Notes: generated by a model not told the origin, from the letters alone. A stretch of 64,000 nt of DNA from a virus (IMGVR_UViG_3300035492_000080:1-64000), one strand, 5' to 3'; shown: positions 29,141 through 37,299, counted from the first letter of the stretch. Program-made: numbers and translations.

Positions 29141-30493
29141 TTACTTGTTGTATTTTGCTTTTAGAATCTTTGCTGTATCACTTAGAGAGTCTTCGTCGCC
29201 TTGTTCGGCAACACCCAATTCAGTAAACAGTTCAGAGTTTTCGAGGGCTTTTGCTTTTTTATCCAGAGATGCAACTACAGTTTCAAAAGCAGCATCTTCT
29301 AGAGTCTCTAGGGAAGCCATCAAAGCCTCCGCTTCTTCTGCTGAAACAACAGAAAGCAGTTTACCTTTGCGAGCATCCGCTTTAGCCTGTGCAGCAGCAA
29401 GCTCAGCATCAAGACGAGCTTGTTCGGCGTCGGCTTCAATTTGAGCAAGAGTTTCTTTAGCTTTTGTAAGTTCTACTTCTAGTGAAGTTTTAGCTTCAAT
29501 AGCAGCTGTCAGTTGAGCACTTACATCGGCAAATTCGGCAGTCAGTGTTGCGTGAGCTGCTTGAAGTTCCACGAGTTCTTGCATTTTTGCAGTATCCTCT
29601 TTGTTTGATTTTAGAAAACGAGCGGTAAGCATTTTAGAGTCAGTCTCCACACTTGCTACAGTCGATAGGTACGAATAAAATTCTTCAACTTCCATAACCT
29701 TATCTGCAAGGCCGAGTTGAATTGCTTTATCAGCTAGGAATGTTTTAGCTTCTGTGTTCTTAACACGTTCAGCATCCATCCCTCTCATTTGAGCAACATG
29801 GGAAACAAAATCCCCATAAAGCATATTTACCTTCTCTTGAAGGTCTTCCAAAAACTCTTCAGCAAATTCACCATCTGAGTTAAAAGGAATCTTTGATTTA
29901 CCGGCATAAACATAGGTATCTTCAACACCCATATTTTTCATGGCTTTGTTGGCATTTCTAAGCCTCACAACCACACCGATACTTCCAACTTCTGCCGATG
30001 GATTCATTACAATCTCATCTGAAATAGAAGACAGTGCATACGCAGCAGAAGCAGCCATACCATCAACGTATGTGATGATCTTTGCTCCATGTGCATCTGC
30101 CATTGAGCGTAGGCGTTTCGCTGTCTCGAATACTGCGTAAGCCTCTCCACCGGGGCTGTCAGTGTCCAAAACGATTGTCTTGGCGCCTTGCTCAAGGAGA
30201 GTTTCAAAATCTGCTAGAAGACTTTGATAACTTGTTGGAGCTTCACCACACATAGGCTGATAGTGAAGATATGTGAGTGGGCCTTGAAGCTCAACAATTC
30301 CAACTTTTGTGTCTGAATTGTAAGTTAGTTGTCTTTCAGAGTTTTTAGCTTTGTTATCCAAAGCCATCTGGAAATTTTCTGAATTTCTAGTGTCGAAGAA
30401 AGCAGCCACTCTATCAAAAGCGGCTGCTTCCATCATCTGAGGACTACCAACAACTTTGTCCGCTAGGCGGACTAGGGAGTGGGATTTGATCAT
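29141..30493 (-). CDS. prohead protease (S49 / ClpP-SppA family) fused to scaffold-like coiled-coil domain
   Basis: 450 aa; DSPGGEAYA and EVGSIGVV serine-peptidase motifs in N-half; Ala/Glu-rich coiled-coil C-half. Confidence 0.7.
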   Translation of the reverse strand: MIKSHSLVRLADKVVGSPQMMEAAAFDRVAAFFDTRNSENFQMALDNKAKNSERQLTYNSDTKVGIVELQGPLTYLHYQPMCGEAPTSYQSLLADFETLLEQGAKTIVLDTDSPGGEAYAVFETAKRLRSMADAHGAKIITYVDGMAASAAYALSSISDEIVMNPSAEVGSIGVVVRLRNANKAMKNMGVEDTYVYAGKSKIPFNSDGEFAEEFLEDLQEKVNMLYGDFVSHVAQMRGMDAERVKNTEAKTFLADKAIQLGLADKVMEVEEFYSYLSTVASVETDSKMLTARFLKSNKEDTAKMQELVELQAAHATLTAEFADVSAQLTAAIEAKTSLEVELTKAKETLAQIEADAEQARLDAELAAAQAKADARKGKLLSVVSAEEAEALMASLETLEDAAFETVVASLDKKAKALENSELFTELGVAEQGDEDSLSDTAKILKAKYNK

Positions 30494-30502
30494 GTGTTCC
30501 TC

Positions 30503-31975
30503 TTAATTATCCATATTACTTACCGATGTGTCAGAGTCAGCAGCACTATTTGATGTACCATTTCCACCACCTTTAGACATTCCGTCACCGGAACGACTTC
30601 TGTTGTTTGGAAGAAGCTTCTCATCAATAGGCTTGTCCTTATCATAAGGAGTTGCTCCAAAACCACGTTCACGGATAATGTTGGCAATCTCTCTATCAAA
30701 CTCGATAGCATTAACAGAGAATACACGTTGAACCAACTTACCGAACTCATCAATATCTTCTTCGTCAAGATCACTATAAACAAACTTTGGATACTCTTCA
30801 TCATCCCAACCATTAAGTGCAAAGGTTTGTGGAATCAGGTCTTTATTCAAAGTATCTGCAATCTCTCTAAGACGAGCTTCAATCGCCATCGCCATAATAG
30901 AAGTTTTACTACCTGCCAGAGCAAAACTACCAACCTGATCTTGACCAAGCTTTAGGAAGTCTGCAAACAAAGCAGTTAGGATTTTGTAGTCATATCGCTT
31001 GATAATCTCTGATGTGTCATACTGACGACCAGAAGCAACAGACAAGAGTTCAAACTGGAACAGTGGTTGCCTCGACTCTGGGTCATAGGCGTTTGGTAGA
31101 ACAATACCAGATTGCTCATTTCGTTCTAGATTACGAACCATGTTTTTATAATATTCATAGATCGCTTTCTGTTCTGGAGTTGCATCAGGAGACATATAAA
31201 TTGGCGGAATCTTAACGATTGGAGTACCAACCATGTTACGCACAATACCGATTGCTTCCTGTTCTTCAATAGTCGTTCTATATTTCCAAGAGATATAGCA
31301 ACTCTTCAGTAGAGAATTACCTTCTGGGTTGTCCCTTTCAGGATTAACTCTGAACAACATGAATTTGTTTCTAGGAATCTTGATCTTGCTTCCATGTTTC
31401 TGAGAAAGAGCGTTATACCTTCCATAGTGAATTACTGTTGAAAGGTCTTGCTCCACTGCAAGAAGCTCTCTGCCATCGTCAGAGAATTCCCAACCAGAGA
31501 TAGTGTCTTGCGATCTAATAGGAAGTTTTTTCCATCCGATGAGCCCGTCATCGTATTTACTCCCTTTTGATCTGTATCTTTTTCTATAAACTTTCTCTTG
31601 CACAGAGAAACCATAGGTGTATGATGATGAAACGTCTTGAATAAATTCTGACCAAGTGTGGTCCATATCATTCATACACTGTTCAATAAACTTTGCTTTA
31701 TTTTGTTGTTCAGGATTTGCGTTCTTTGGAGGTTCTACTTTCCAATCAATCCTAGACAACATCATTTTAAACAGATTAATTGCAGAAGAGATTGTTGCAT
31801 CTTTTTGCATATTCTTGTAAGTTTTTATAACTGCTGGCCAACGTAGCTCAAGCTTACTTTCTTCAAGAATTTGTTTATTGCTAATCTTCAGTCCAGTGGT
31901 GCCAACCTCACCAAGTTTAATTCTTGGAGCTGTTGAATCACCGGGAGCAAGATTCGTTGTTTCCGTATCAGTCAT
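30503..31975 (-). CDS. portal protein
   Basis: 490 aa; between TerL and protease; Gly/Ser-rich acidic C-terminal tail. Confidence 0.6.
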   Translation of the reverse strand: MTDTETTNLAPGDSTAPRIKLGEVGTTGLKISNKQILEESKLELRWPAVIKTYKNMQKDATISSAINLFKMMLSRIDWKVEPPKNANPEQQNKAKFIEQCMNDMDHTWSEFIQDVSSSYTYGFSVQEKVYRKRYRSKGSKYDDGLIGWKKLPIRSQDTISGWEFSDDGRELLAVEQDLSTVIHYGRYNALSQKHGSKIKIPRNKFMLFRVNPERDNPEGNSLLKSCYISWKYRTTIEEQEAIGIVRNMVGTPIVKIPPIYMSPDATPEQKAIYEYYKNMVRNLERNEQSGIVLPNAYDPESRQPLFQFELLSVASGRQYDTSEIIKRYDYKILTALFADFLKLGQDQVGSFALAGSKTSIMAMAIEARLREIADTLNKDLIPQTFALNGWDDEEYPKFVYSDLDEEDIDEFGKLVQRVFSVNAIEFDREIANIIRERGFGATPYDKDKPIDEKLLPNNRSRSGDGMSKGGGNGTSNSAADSDTSVSNMDN

Positions 31976-31983
31976 TACAGCTC

Positions 31984-33390
31984 CTAGATATTAAATTGAT
32001 TTTTTCGTGACATATCTGGAAGAACAAAGTTTGATGGAATTTGAGCAGATTGAGCTAGATGCTTGAATGCGTCAGACGTGGCATCCACTTGGTCATCTTT
32101 AACTTTTCTGCTTCCGTCGAAGTTTTCTAGTTCGTCAACATACTCATCATTCCACGCACCTCTCACCATTTGAACGTGGCGGGCTTCTGCTACGGCAGCA
32201 AAAGGAGAGAATCTCAAAACCTTAGACTGCGATGCTTGGAATATGCGAGCATAGAAGCCACGCTCTGCCAGCTCTTTCACAATAGATTGTGCATATGCTT
32301 TACCAGCAGCGCCAGGGTCACAAGGGATGATGATGTCTGTCTCTTGACCGTCATGGATAGCTGTTTGAATAATCTGCTCAATCACGCCATGTGCTCTGTC
32401 TCGAAATCTCACAACATCCTCAATACAGTATTTACCATATCTGTCACGAGACATTAGGACTCCAGCCGTCCAGTCAGGATCACGGTTTGATTCTGATGGA
32501 ATGCTTCCACTAATGTCCCAAGCTCTAACGCGCTTCATGACAACTAGTGGCCGAACTGGTACAACCTCTAACCACTCACCTTTGAAATATCCGGCTGCTT
32601 CTTCTTTAGCATACCAAGAGCCTTCAAGGAGACGCATCTTTTCAACACGCTTCAATCCAAGCAGGAACGCCAAGTATTTTGGGTTCTTTTGAATACCAAT
32701 CGGATTGTCATAGATGTTTGCACTGATGAAAGTGATTGTCAGGATGTGTTCATCTTTCAAGTGAGGGCATTTAGCGAGCAGCTCTTCTTTTGTCATAGCA
32801 AAGAGAGGCTTACCACCATCGTTAGTGAAGTAACGAATAACCCCATCTCTCTCAGGGAGAGGTACGCCAGTCTCAGGGTCTAGATGCCATTCAACCCAAT
32901 TTCTCAAAAACGAGTTATACAGAGGGTTACAAGTCATCACAAGCTGACTACTCATTTTTGCTTTAGAACGAAGACGTGACATCAAATAAAGTACACTAAC
33001 TTCGTGTTGGTGTTGAGCTTCGTCAAATACTACAAGTGAGTATTGACCACCGTCAAAGTTATATCTATCTTCTGGACGATCTAAACCAGCAAAAGAAATT
33101 ACAGCTCCACTTGGAAAAGTTGCTGATAACTTCTGTTCATGGAAGTTAGGCTTAAATGGTTTATACATCTGCTTTGCTTCATCAAACAAACCACCAGACT
33201 GTGTAAGTTGTGTGCGAGTTTGACGAATAAATACTGCACGGAAGTGCGGGTCATTAATTTGACCAAGCGCTTTAAGTAGGGCACAGTGTGATTTACCACA
33301 ACCTGCACCTCCACCATAAATGATAATATCTGCCTTGCAAGTAAGGAACATTTGTTGCTTTGCAGAGGCAGGTCCGTATATATTTGACAT
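31984..33390 (-). CDS. terL: terminase large subunit
   Basis: 468 aa; Walker A GGGAGCGKS, Walker B VVFDEAQ, C-terminal nuclease-like acidic residues. Confidence 0.8.
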   Translation of the reverse strand: MSNIYGPASAKQQMFLTCKADIIIYGGGAGCGKSHCALLKALGQINDPHFRAVFIRQTRTQLTQSGGLFDEAKQMYKPFKPNFHEQKLSATFPSGAVISFAGLDRPEDRYNFDGGQYSLVVFDEAQHQHEVSVLYLMSRLRSKAKMSSQLVMTCNPLYNSFLRNWVEWHLDPETGVPLPERDGVIRYFTNDGGKPLFAMTKEELLAKCPHLKDEHILTITFISANIYDNPIGIQKNPKYLAFLLGLKRVEKMRLLEGSWYAKEEAAGYFKGEWLEVVPVRPLVVMKRVRAWDISGSIPSESNRDPDWTAGVLMSRDRYGKYCIEDVVRFRDRAHGVIEQIIQTAIHDGQETDIIIPCDPGAAGKAYAQSIVKELAERGFYARIFQASQSKVLRFSPFAAVAEARHVQMVRGAWNDEYVDELENFDGSRKVKDDQVDATSDAFKHLAQSAQIPSNFVLPDMSRKNQFNI

Positions 33391-33443
33391 ACTACCTCCT
33401 AATTGATTCTATTGAAGAGGCTGTTTCCAACCTCTTCTAACAA

Positions 33444-34085
33444 TCAACTAATATCTTTATAAGGATTTATTTCGAAGGTGAATCCCTTGAAATAGTCAAT
33501 CTTATCTTTCTCAACCGCTGTCTCATGCTCTAGCTTGATCTTGTTGCCAAGCTGGATCACCAAAGCCCTGTCAGACGTTCCATAACGAGCGACAAGGTAG
33601 AACTGGTAGCGTGGTAGCCATTTACTGCTTTCTCTTCGTGGGGAGGCTTTTAGGAGCTGCCAGCCTGTGTTTCTGAAGTCATCTCTGACAACATCCTGTC
33701 CACCAATCTTTGTGAAGTGGTATTCCCTAACATCACAGCCTAGGACATAGCGTTTGAAGTTGTTGAACGGGTTACGAACAGCTAACCACCAGAATCTATT
33801 TTTCCAGAGACGACTATCTGCTCCGAAGCAATTAGCATCCCACCAACCACGATGATCGCCTGTGCTACTGTCTTCGATGTTATCCCAAGGCCAGAACACT
33901 TTAGGAAATTTTTCTCGAATCCAGTAGCGGTTTGTATTATACTGAGTGAAACGTTGCTTACTGTCTTCTTCAAACTTACCGAACAATAGCATCACAGGTA
34001 CAATAAAAATTCCTGTAATCATCCCAATAAGCTGGATAAGGAAGAAAACTGTCCAGCTAAAAAGTGCAATAAAAATGTCTTTCAA
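33444..34085 (-). CDS. Trp-rich membrane-anchored protein, unknown function
   Basis: 213 aa; N-terminal TM helices, many W/R residues (GWWDANCFGAD). Confidence 0.4.
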   Translation of the reverse strand: MKDIFIALFSWTVFFLIQLIGMITGIFIVPVMLLFGKFEEDSKQRFTQYNTNRYWIREKFPKVFWPWDNIEDSSTGDHRGWWDANCFGADSRLWKNRFWWLAVRNPFNNFKRYVLGCDVREYHFTKIGGQDVVRDDFRNTGWQLLKASPRRESSKWLPRYQFYLVARYGTSDRALVIQLGNKIKLEHETAVEKDKIDYFKGFTFEINPYKDIS

Positions 34086-34160
34086 AACACAGTCTCCAAA
34101 ATAATTGCCCCGCTAGGACGGGTGGGCCACCGGGAGGAATAAGCCTAGCTCAAATTTAAA

Positions 34161-34307
34161 TTATTTCTGCTTTTGCTTAAACTTAACGCCAACCTGCCAC
34201 TTACTGAGTGTTACGATTTCTTTAAAACTTTTAGCTTGATTAGCCTTAAAAGTTTTAATGTCTTGCTCTGTAAGTTTATAATCTTCTTTATCAACTTGTT
34301 TAAACAT
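34161..34307 (-). CDS. small Lys-rich ORF (48 aa), possible
   Basis: ATG 5 nt after GGAGAG RBS; below the ORF-track size cutoff. Confidence 0.2.
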   Translation of the reverse strand: MFKQVDKEDYKLTEQDIKTFKANQAKSFKEIVTLSKWQVGVKFKQKQK

Positions 34308-34332
34308 ATTCTCTCCTATCATGTTTTAAATT

Positions 34333-34422
34333 TGGAGGCGAGTAAAGGAATCGAACCCTCACCTGTTCATCACAAGTGGCCGGGGGTTCAAGCCCCGTTT
34401 GTACCCTTTGTAGCTACTCGCC
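34333..34422 (-). tRNA. tRNA-Ser (anticodon TGA), type II with long variable arm
   Basis: CCA encoded; acceptor GGCGAGT/ACTCGCC; anticodon stem CGGGG/CCCCG, loop CTTGAAC; T-loop TTCGATT. Confidence 0.7.
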
Positions 34423-34781
34423 TAATTTCGTGGTCTTCCATTGCCCTTATTTAAAGAGCGGAATGTTGGTGTGAGTGCATGGCAGTTTGGACAAAGAAGT
34501 CTAAGGTTTTCCTCAGAATTATTTGTATGATTACCGTCGATGTGGTCTATCTCAAGAGGGATTCTTCCAGTAAAGAGATTTACAGAATTCCAACCACAAC
34601 TTGAACACTTATTTTCATATTTAATGAATAAATATTTCCTAATGTGTGCGCTTATTGAAGTTTTCCCACGCATCCCTGTCTCTAAACCAGATTTCCATTT
34701 TTCGATATAGTCTAAATATTTCTTCTCTGCTGCAACAAGACTCTTAGCTCGTTGTAAGATAGAGTCATGTCTCCTACTCAA
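34422..34781 (-). CDS. HNH homing endonuclease
   Basis: 119 aa; CxxC...EIDHIDGNHTNNSEENLRLLCPNCH motif; inserted between tRNA genes. Confidence 0.7.
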   Translation of the reverse strand: MSRRHDSILQRAKSLVAAEKKYLDYIEKWKSGLETGMRGKTSISAHIRKYLFIKYENKCSSCGWNSVNLFTGRIPLEIDHIDGNHTNNSEENLRLLCPNCHALTPTFRSLNKGNGRPRN

Positions 34782-34816
34782 TACTCACTCTCCTATGTTG
34801 CCGCACCTTTGTAACT

Positions 34817-34905
34817 TGGCAGTGTATGAAGGATTCGAACCTTCGGGGCTGTTACACCCTACGGTTTAGCAAACCGCTACCTTCGGCCAGCTCGGTCAAT
34901 ACACT
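34817..34905 (-). tRNA. tRNA-Ser (anticodon GCT), type II
   Basis: CCA encoded; acceptor AGTGTAT/ATACACT; anticodon stem GCGGT/ACCGT, loop TTGCTAA; T-arm GAAGG-TTCGAAT-CCTTC. Confidence 0.7.
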
Positions 34906-34914
34906 ATTTAAATT

Positions 34915-34991
34915 TGGTGAGTCGCCTTGGAATCGAACCAAGTTAAGTCAGGTTAAAAGCCTGATGCCTAGCGCCGGTCGGCCAACAACTC
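34915..34991 (-). tRNA. tRNA-Lys (anticodon TTT)
   Basis: 77 nt; acceptor GAGTTGT/GCGACTC (two G-U); anticodon stem TCAGG/CCTGA, loop CTTTTAA. Confidence 0.65.
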
Positions 34992-34996
34992 ATATT

Positions 34997-35074
34997 TGGT
35001 GCCCTCAGAGAGACTCGAACTCTCAGAACCTTGTTTCTAAGACAAGTATGTATACCAAATTCCATCACAAGGGC
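34997..35074 (-). tRNA. tRNA with anticodon TAG (Leu-reading) but short variable region; isotype uncertain
   Basis: 78 nt; 7-bp acceptor, T-arm GAGAG-TTCGAGT-CTCTC, anticodon stem CTTGT/ACAAG, loop CTTAGAA. Confidence 0.5.
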
Positions 35075-35179
35075 AAATTGGCGGCGCATTTGTAAATGAT
35101 GCCAGTGCTAGCAACATCACACCAACCTACCTCGCTAGCAGGCAGTCTAGTACGCCATAAAATTGGTGATATATTATCT

Positions 35180-35266
35180 TGGTGGATGAAGGAAGGAATT
35201 GAACCTCTAGCCAAGGGCGGGCGGGTTACAGCCGCCTGATAGTAGCCATCTATCTCTACAACATCC
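35180..35266 (-). tRNA. tRNA-Tyr-like (anticodon GTA), long variable arm, irregular acceptor/D region
   Basis: Perfect anticodon stem GGCGG/CCGCC, loop CTGTAAC; T-loop TTCAATT; acceptor pairing imperfect (2 T.T). Confidence 0.45.
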
Positions 35267-35272
35267 GTTAAT

Positions 35273-35348
35273 TGGTCTAGATGGGTGGGATCGAACCACC
35301 GGCCTTCGGTTTCCAAAACCGACCGTCTACCGCTGACAATACACCTAG
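35273..35348 (-). tRNA. tRNA-Pro (anticodon TGG)
   Basis: 76 nt; acceptor CTAGGTG/CATCTAG; anticodon stem TCGGT/ACCGA, loop TTTGGAA; T-arm GGTGG-TTCGATC-CCACC. Confidence 0.7.
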
Positions 35349-35355
35349 ATAAAAT

Positions 35356-35432
35356 TGGCTGGCAATCTGCGATTCGAACGCAGCACATCGTGATTAACAG
35401 TCACGCCCCACCACCTAGGTCGGTTATTGCCA
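35356..35432 (-). tRNA. tRNA-Asn (anticodon GTT)
   Basis: 77 nt; acceptor TGGCAAT/ATTGCCA; anticodon stem CGTGA/TCACG, loop CTGTTAA; T-arm CTGCG-TTCGAAT-CGCAG. Confidence 0.7.
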
Positions 35433-35525
35433 ATAAATTAGTTACTCCGTAATGAGGAATTTGAGCATTGTTAAGAGGCTTCTCATATTCCGAAGATTTT
35501 GGTGAGCTAGCAATCACCTTCTGTT

Positions 35526-35602
35526 TGGTAGCAAGTGTGGGTAACGATCCCACCTAAACCAGCTTATGAGACTGGTGACATCACCTGACAGTCGAACTTG
35601 CT
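35526..35602 (-). tRNA. tRNA with CAT anticodon (Met, initiator or Ile-lysidine)
   Basis: 77 nt; acceptor AGCAAGT/ACTTGCT; anticodon stem CCAGT/GCTGG, loop CTCATAA; non-canonical T-loop ATCGTTA. Confidence 0.6.
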
Positions 35603-35611
35603 ATTTAAAAT

Positions 35612-35685
35612 TGGTAGCCAGAGTTGGGAACGATCCAACTTCTTTCGCTTATCAGGCGAATGTAATACCTTTATACTATCCGGCT
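35612..35685 (-). tRNA. tRNA-Ile (anticodon GAT)
   Basis: 74 nt; acceptor AGCCGGA/TCTGGCT; anticodon stem TTCGC/GCGAA, loop CTGATAA; T-arm GTTGG-ATCGTTC-CCAAC. Confidence 0.65.
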
Positions 35686-35834
35686 AAATGGTACGGCGTG
35701 CCATATAGGCGTTACCGATAGTACCATAAAATTTGGCGCTGCCATTGCTCTAGAGAGAGCAGGCTTTCCATTCACCCTTTGCACCACAACAGCTTTTAAC
35801 TGAGAGATTGTGGAAACTAGATAGCAGCATAATT

Positions 35835-35910
35835 TGGTGGCTCCCGATGGTAACGATCCATCCTCTCTTGCTTTTCAAACAAGTGCATAATCCGTCTCAG
35901 CTAGAGAGCC
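35835..35910 (-). tRNA. tRNA-Phe (anticodon GAA)
   Basis: 76 nt; acceptor GGCTCTC/GGGAGCC; anticodon stem CTTGT/GCAAG, loop TTGAAAA; T-arm GATGG-ATCGTTA-CCATC. Confidence 0.6.
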
Positions 35911-35915
35911 GTAAT

Positions 35916-35991
35916 TGGCGAGTATAACGGGAGTCGAACCCGCAACGAGCACATAGACAGTGTGCCTTCCTTCCCAGAGGAATCCATACCC
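35916..35991 (-). tRNA. tRNA-Asp (anticodon GTC)
   Basis: 76 nt; acceptor GGGTATG/TATACTC (G-U pairs); anticodon stem GCACA/TGTGC, loop CTGTCTA; T-loop TTCGACT. Confidence 0.65.
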
Positions 35992-35992
35992 A

Positions 35993-36265
35993 TTATTTAG
36001 GAATGTTTGTCCAATCTTGGCCATTAATACTTTTATTAAAGTATTTAACTTTTCTCAGTAACGCGAGGAAATCATCTCTCAACTCAAGCGGAACCATATT
36101 TACAAAGATTTTACAATCATCCAAAAATTTACGAAAAACCACCTTATTTTTAGTGGTTAAAGGTGGTCTGAGAGTATAAGAAATGGCAAACCTCTTACTG
36201 CCATCTGCACATTTACAATTGTTAGGTCTTTCACAACCAAGACAATAATACTTTGTGATACTCAT
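35993..36265 (-). CDS. small Cys-rich protein (possible zinc-binding), embedded in tRNA island
   Basis: About 90 aa from internal ATG (MSITKYYCLGCERPNNCKCADG...); the longer ORF-track version would overlap tRNA-Gly. Confidence 0.35.
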   Translation of the reverse strand: MSITKYYCLGCERPNNCKCADGSKRFAISYTLRPPLTTKNKVVFRKFLDDCKIFVNMVPLELRDDFLALLRKVKYFNKSINGQDWTNIPK

Positions 36266-36283
36266 AAGACCTCCTATCTTATT

Positions 36284-36360
36284 TGGTGCGGGTGCTCGGA
36301 TTCGAACCGAGGTCTTCTGGGTGGAAGCCAGACATAATAACCAAGCTATACAACACACGC
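36284..36360 (-). tRNA. tRNA-Gly (anticodon TCC)
   Basis: 77 nt; anticodon stem TCTGG/CCAGA, loop CTTCCAC; T-arm CTCGG-TTCGAAT-CCGAG; one acceptor mismatch. Confidence 0.6.
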
Positions 36361-36369
36361 GAATAATTT

Positions 36370-36461
36370 GAACATGCTGGGAATCGAACCCAGATTACCA
36401 TTAGCACGGAATCGAACCGTGTCTTCGGCCTGCGCAAAACCGTACACCAAGTATCATGCTC
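36370..36461 (-). tRNA. unusual 92-nt tRNA-like element with two tandem T-arm-like hairpins; no encoded CCA
   Basis: 7-bp acceptor GAGCATG/CATGTTC pairs across 92 nt; hairpins CACGG-TTCGATT-CCGTG and CTGGG-TTCGATT-CCCAG; anticodon arm not confidently assignable. Confidence 0.35.
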
Positions 36462-36466
36462 AAAAT

Positions 36467-36540
36467 TGGTGCCCCATCACAGAATCGAACTGCGTTCACG
36501 GCGTTACAAAGGCCGGGTAATACCAATATACGAAAAGGGC
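36467..36540 (-). tRNA. tRNA-Thr (anticodon TGT)
   Basis: 74 nt; anticodon stem CGGCC/CGCCG (C.C closing), loop TTTGTAA; T-loop TTCGATT; acceptor GCCCTTT/ATGGGGC 6 of 7. Confidence 0.5.
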
Positions 36541-36554
36541 AAATAAACTAAATT

Positions 36555-36629
36555 TGGTTGGAGCCAGAGATTCGAACTCTCCTTCCGAGGTCACAACCCA
36601 GCGTGCTATCCGCTAACACTAAACTCCAC
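36555..36629 (-). tRNA. tRNA-His (anticodon GTG) with extra 5' G(-1)
   Basis: Acceptor TGGAGTT/GGCTCCA preceded by G; D stem GTGT/GCAC; anticodon stem CTGGG/CTCGG (G-U pairs), loop TTGTGAC. Confidence 0.6.
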
Positions 36630-36635
36630 ACTGTT

Positions 36636-36712
36636 TGGCGCTCCCTGCTGGACTCGAACCAGCAACATTCCGCTTAGAAGGCGGAAAGTCTATCCAATTG
36701 ACCTAAGAGAGC
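36636..36712 (-). tRNA. tRNA-Arg (anticodon TCT)
   Basis: 77 nt; acceptor GCTCTCT/AGGGAGC; anticodon stem TCCGC/GCGGA, loop CTTCTAA; T-arm GCTGG-TTCGAGT-CCAGC. Confidence 0.7.
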
Positions 36713-36734
36713 AACTTTTCTGATTTACTTTATA

Positions 36735-36762
36735 AGTATATCATAGCTTTTCTTAGTGTCAA
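36735..36762 (-). promoter_or_regulatory. strong sigma70-type promoter (TTGACA-16-TATACT) driving the tRNA operon
   Basis: On minus strand TTGACActaagaaaagctatgaTATACT, about 20 nt upstream of the first tRNA (Arg) 5' end. Confidence 0.55.
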
Positions 36763-36784
36763 TAGGTTTTCTTGAAAATAAATA

Positions 36785-36826
36785 AAAATCTTTAAATAAA
36801 ATAAAAACCCTGTGAGCAGTTGGTTT
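36785..36826 (-). terminator. rho-independent terminator for minus-strand transcript ending with 36943..37299
   Basis: CCCTGTGAG-N11-CTCACAGGG hairpin followed on minus strand by TTTTTATTTTATTT. Confidence 0.6.
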
Positions 36827-36942
36827 ACTCACAGGGAGTCTTCGAACTAGGCAAAGCCGAAGATACCAAGCCGAGGCTTGATTCTGTTACAGTGTACTCT
36901 AGCTTCTCAGCGTTGCACCGGAGCCAATACACAGGAATGCTT

Positions 36943-37299
36943 TTACTCTGCTTTCGGTGCGTCGGTAGGAACGATATTTGTAAAATCAATGATTGGGGCT
37001 TTTGGGATGCTCTCATCATCTTCTTCGTCAACCTTCTGCTTAGCTGGAGCTTCAAGCATTTGATAAATTTCTTTGTATTCCGACAAAATAGTTTTAGCAG
37101 CTTGCATTTGTACCGTCGCAGGCGTACTATCTGCCTGCATCAATTCAACCATTTTCTCTACTGCCTCTGGGAGGCTCTTCTCAAGTTTTTTAAGAAGTGC
37201 GCGTAGTTTGGTGTTTGGTGTACCGCGCCTGATCTGCTCTACTTTGGATGGTCGGCCATTTGGGTTGCCTGACTGGCCCTGAACGAATGGCATAATCAA
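36943..37299 (-). CDS. protein with N-terminal GQSGNPNGRP motif (DUF5681-like; candidate small terminase subunit / DNA-binding protein)
   Basis: 118 aa; MPFVQGQSGNPNGRPSK N-terminus typical of a phage family often annotated as terminase small subunit; acidic C-terminus. Confidence 0.4.
   Translation of the reverse strand: MIMPFVQGQSGNPNGRPSKVEQIRRGTPNTKLRALLKKLEKSLPEAVEKMVELMQADSTPATVQMQAAKTILSEYKEIYQMLEAPAKQKVDEEDDESIPKAPIIDFTNIVPTDAPKAE

Noticed and set aside
35065-35388. 107-aa minus-strand ORF
   Set aside because: Overlaps at least three tRNA genes (Tyr-like, Pro, part of Asn); translation arises from tRNA sequence
35689-35726. 38-nt element beginning TGG and ending GTACCA, considered as a tRNA 3' end
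   Set aside because: Too short for a tRNA and has no T-arm; simply a hairpin, possibly a processing signal
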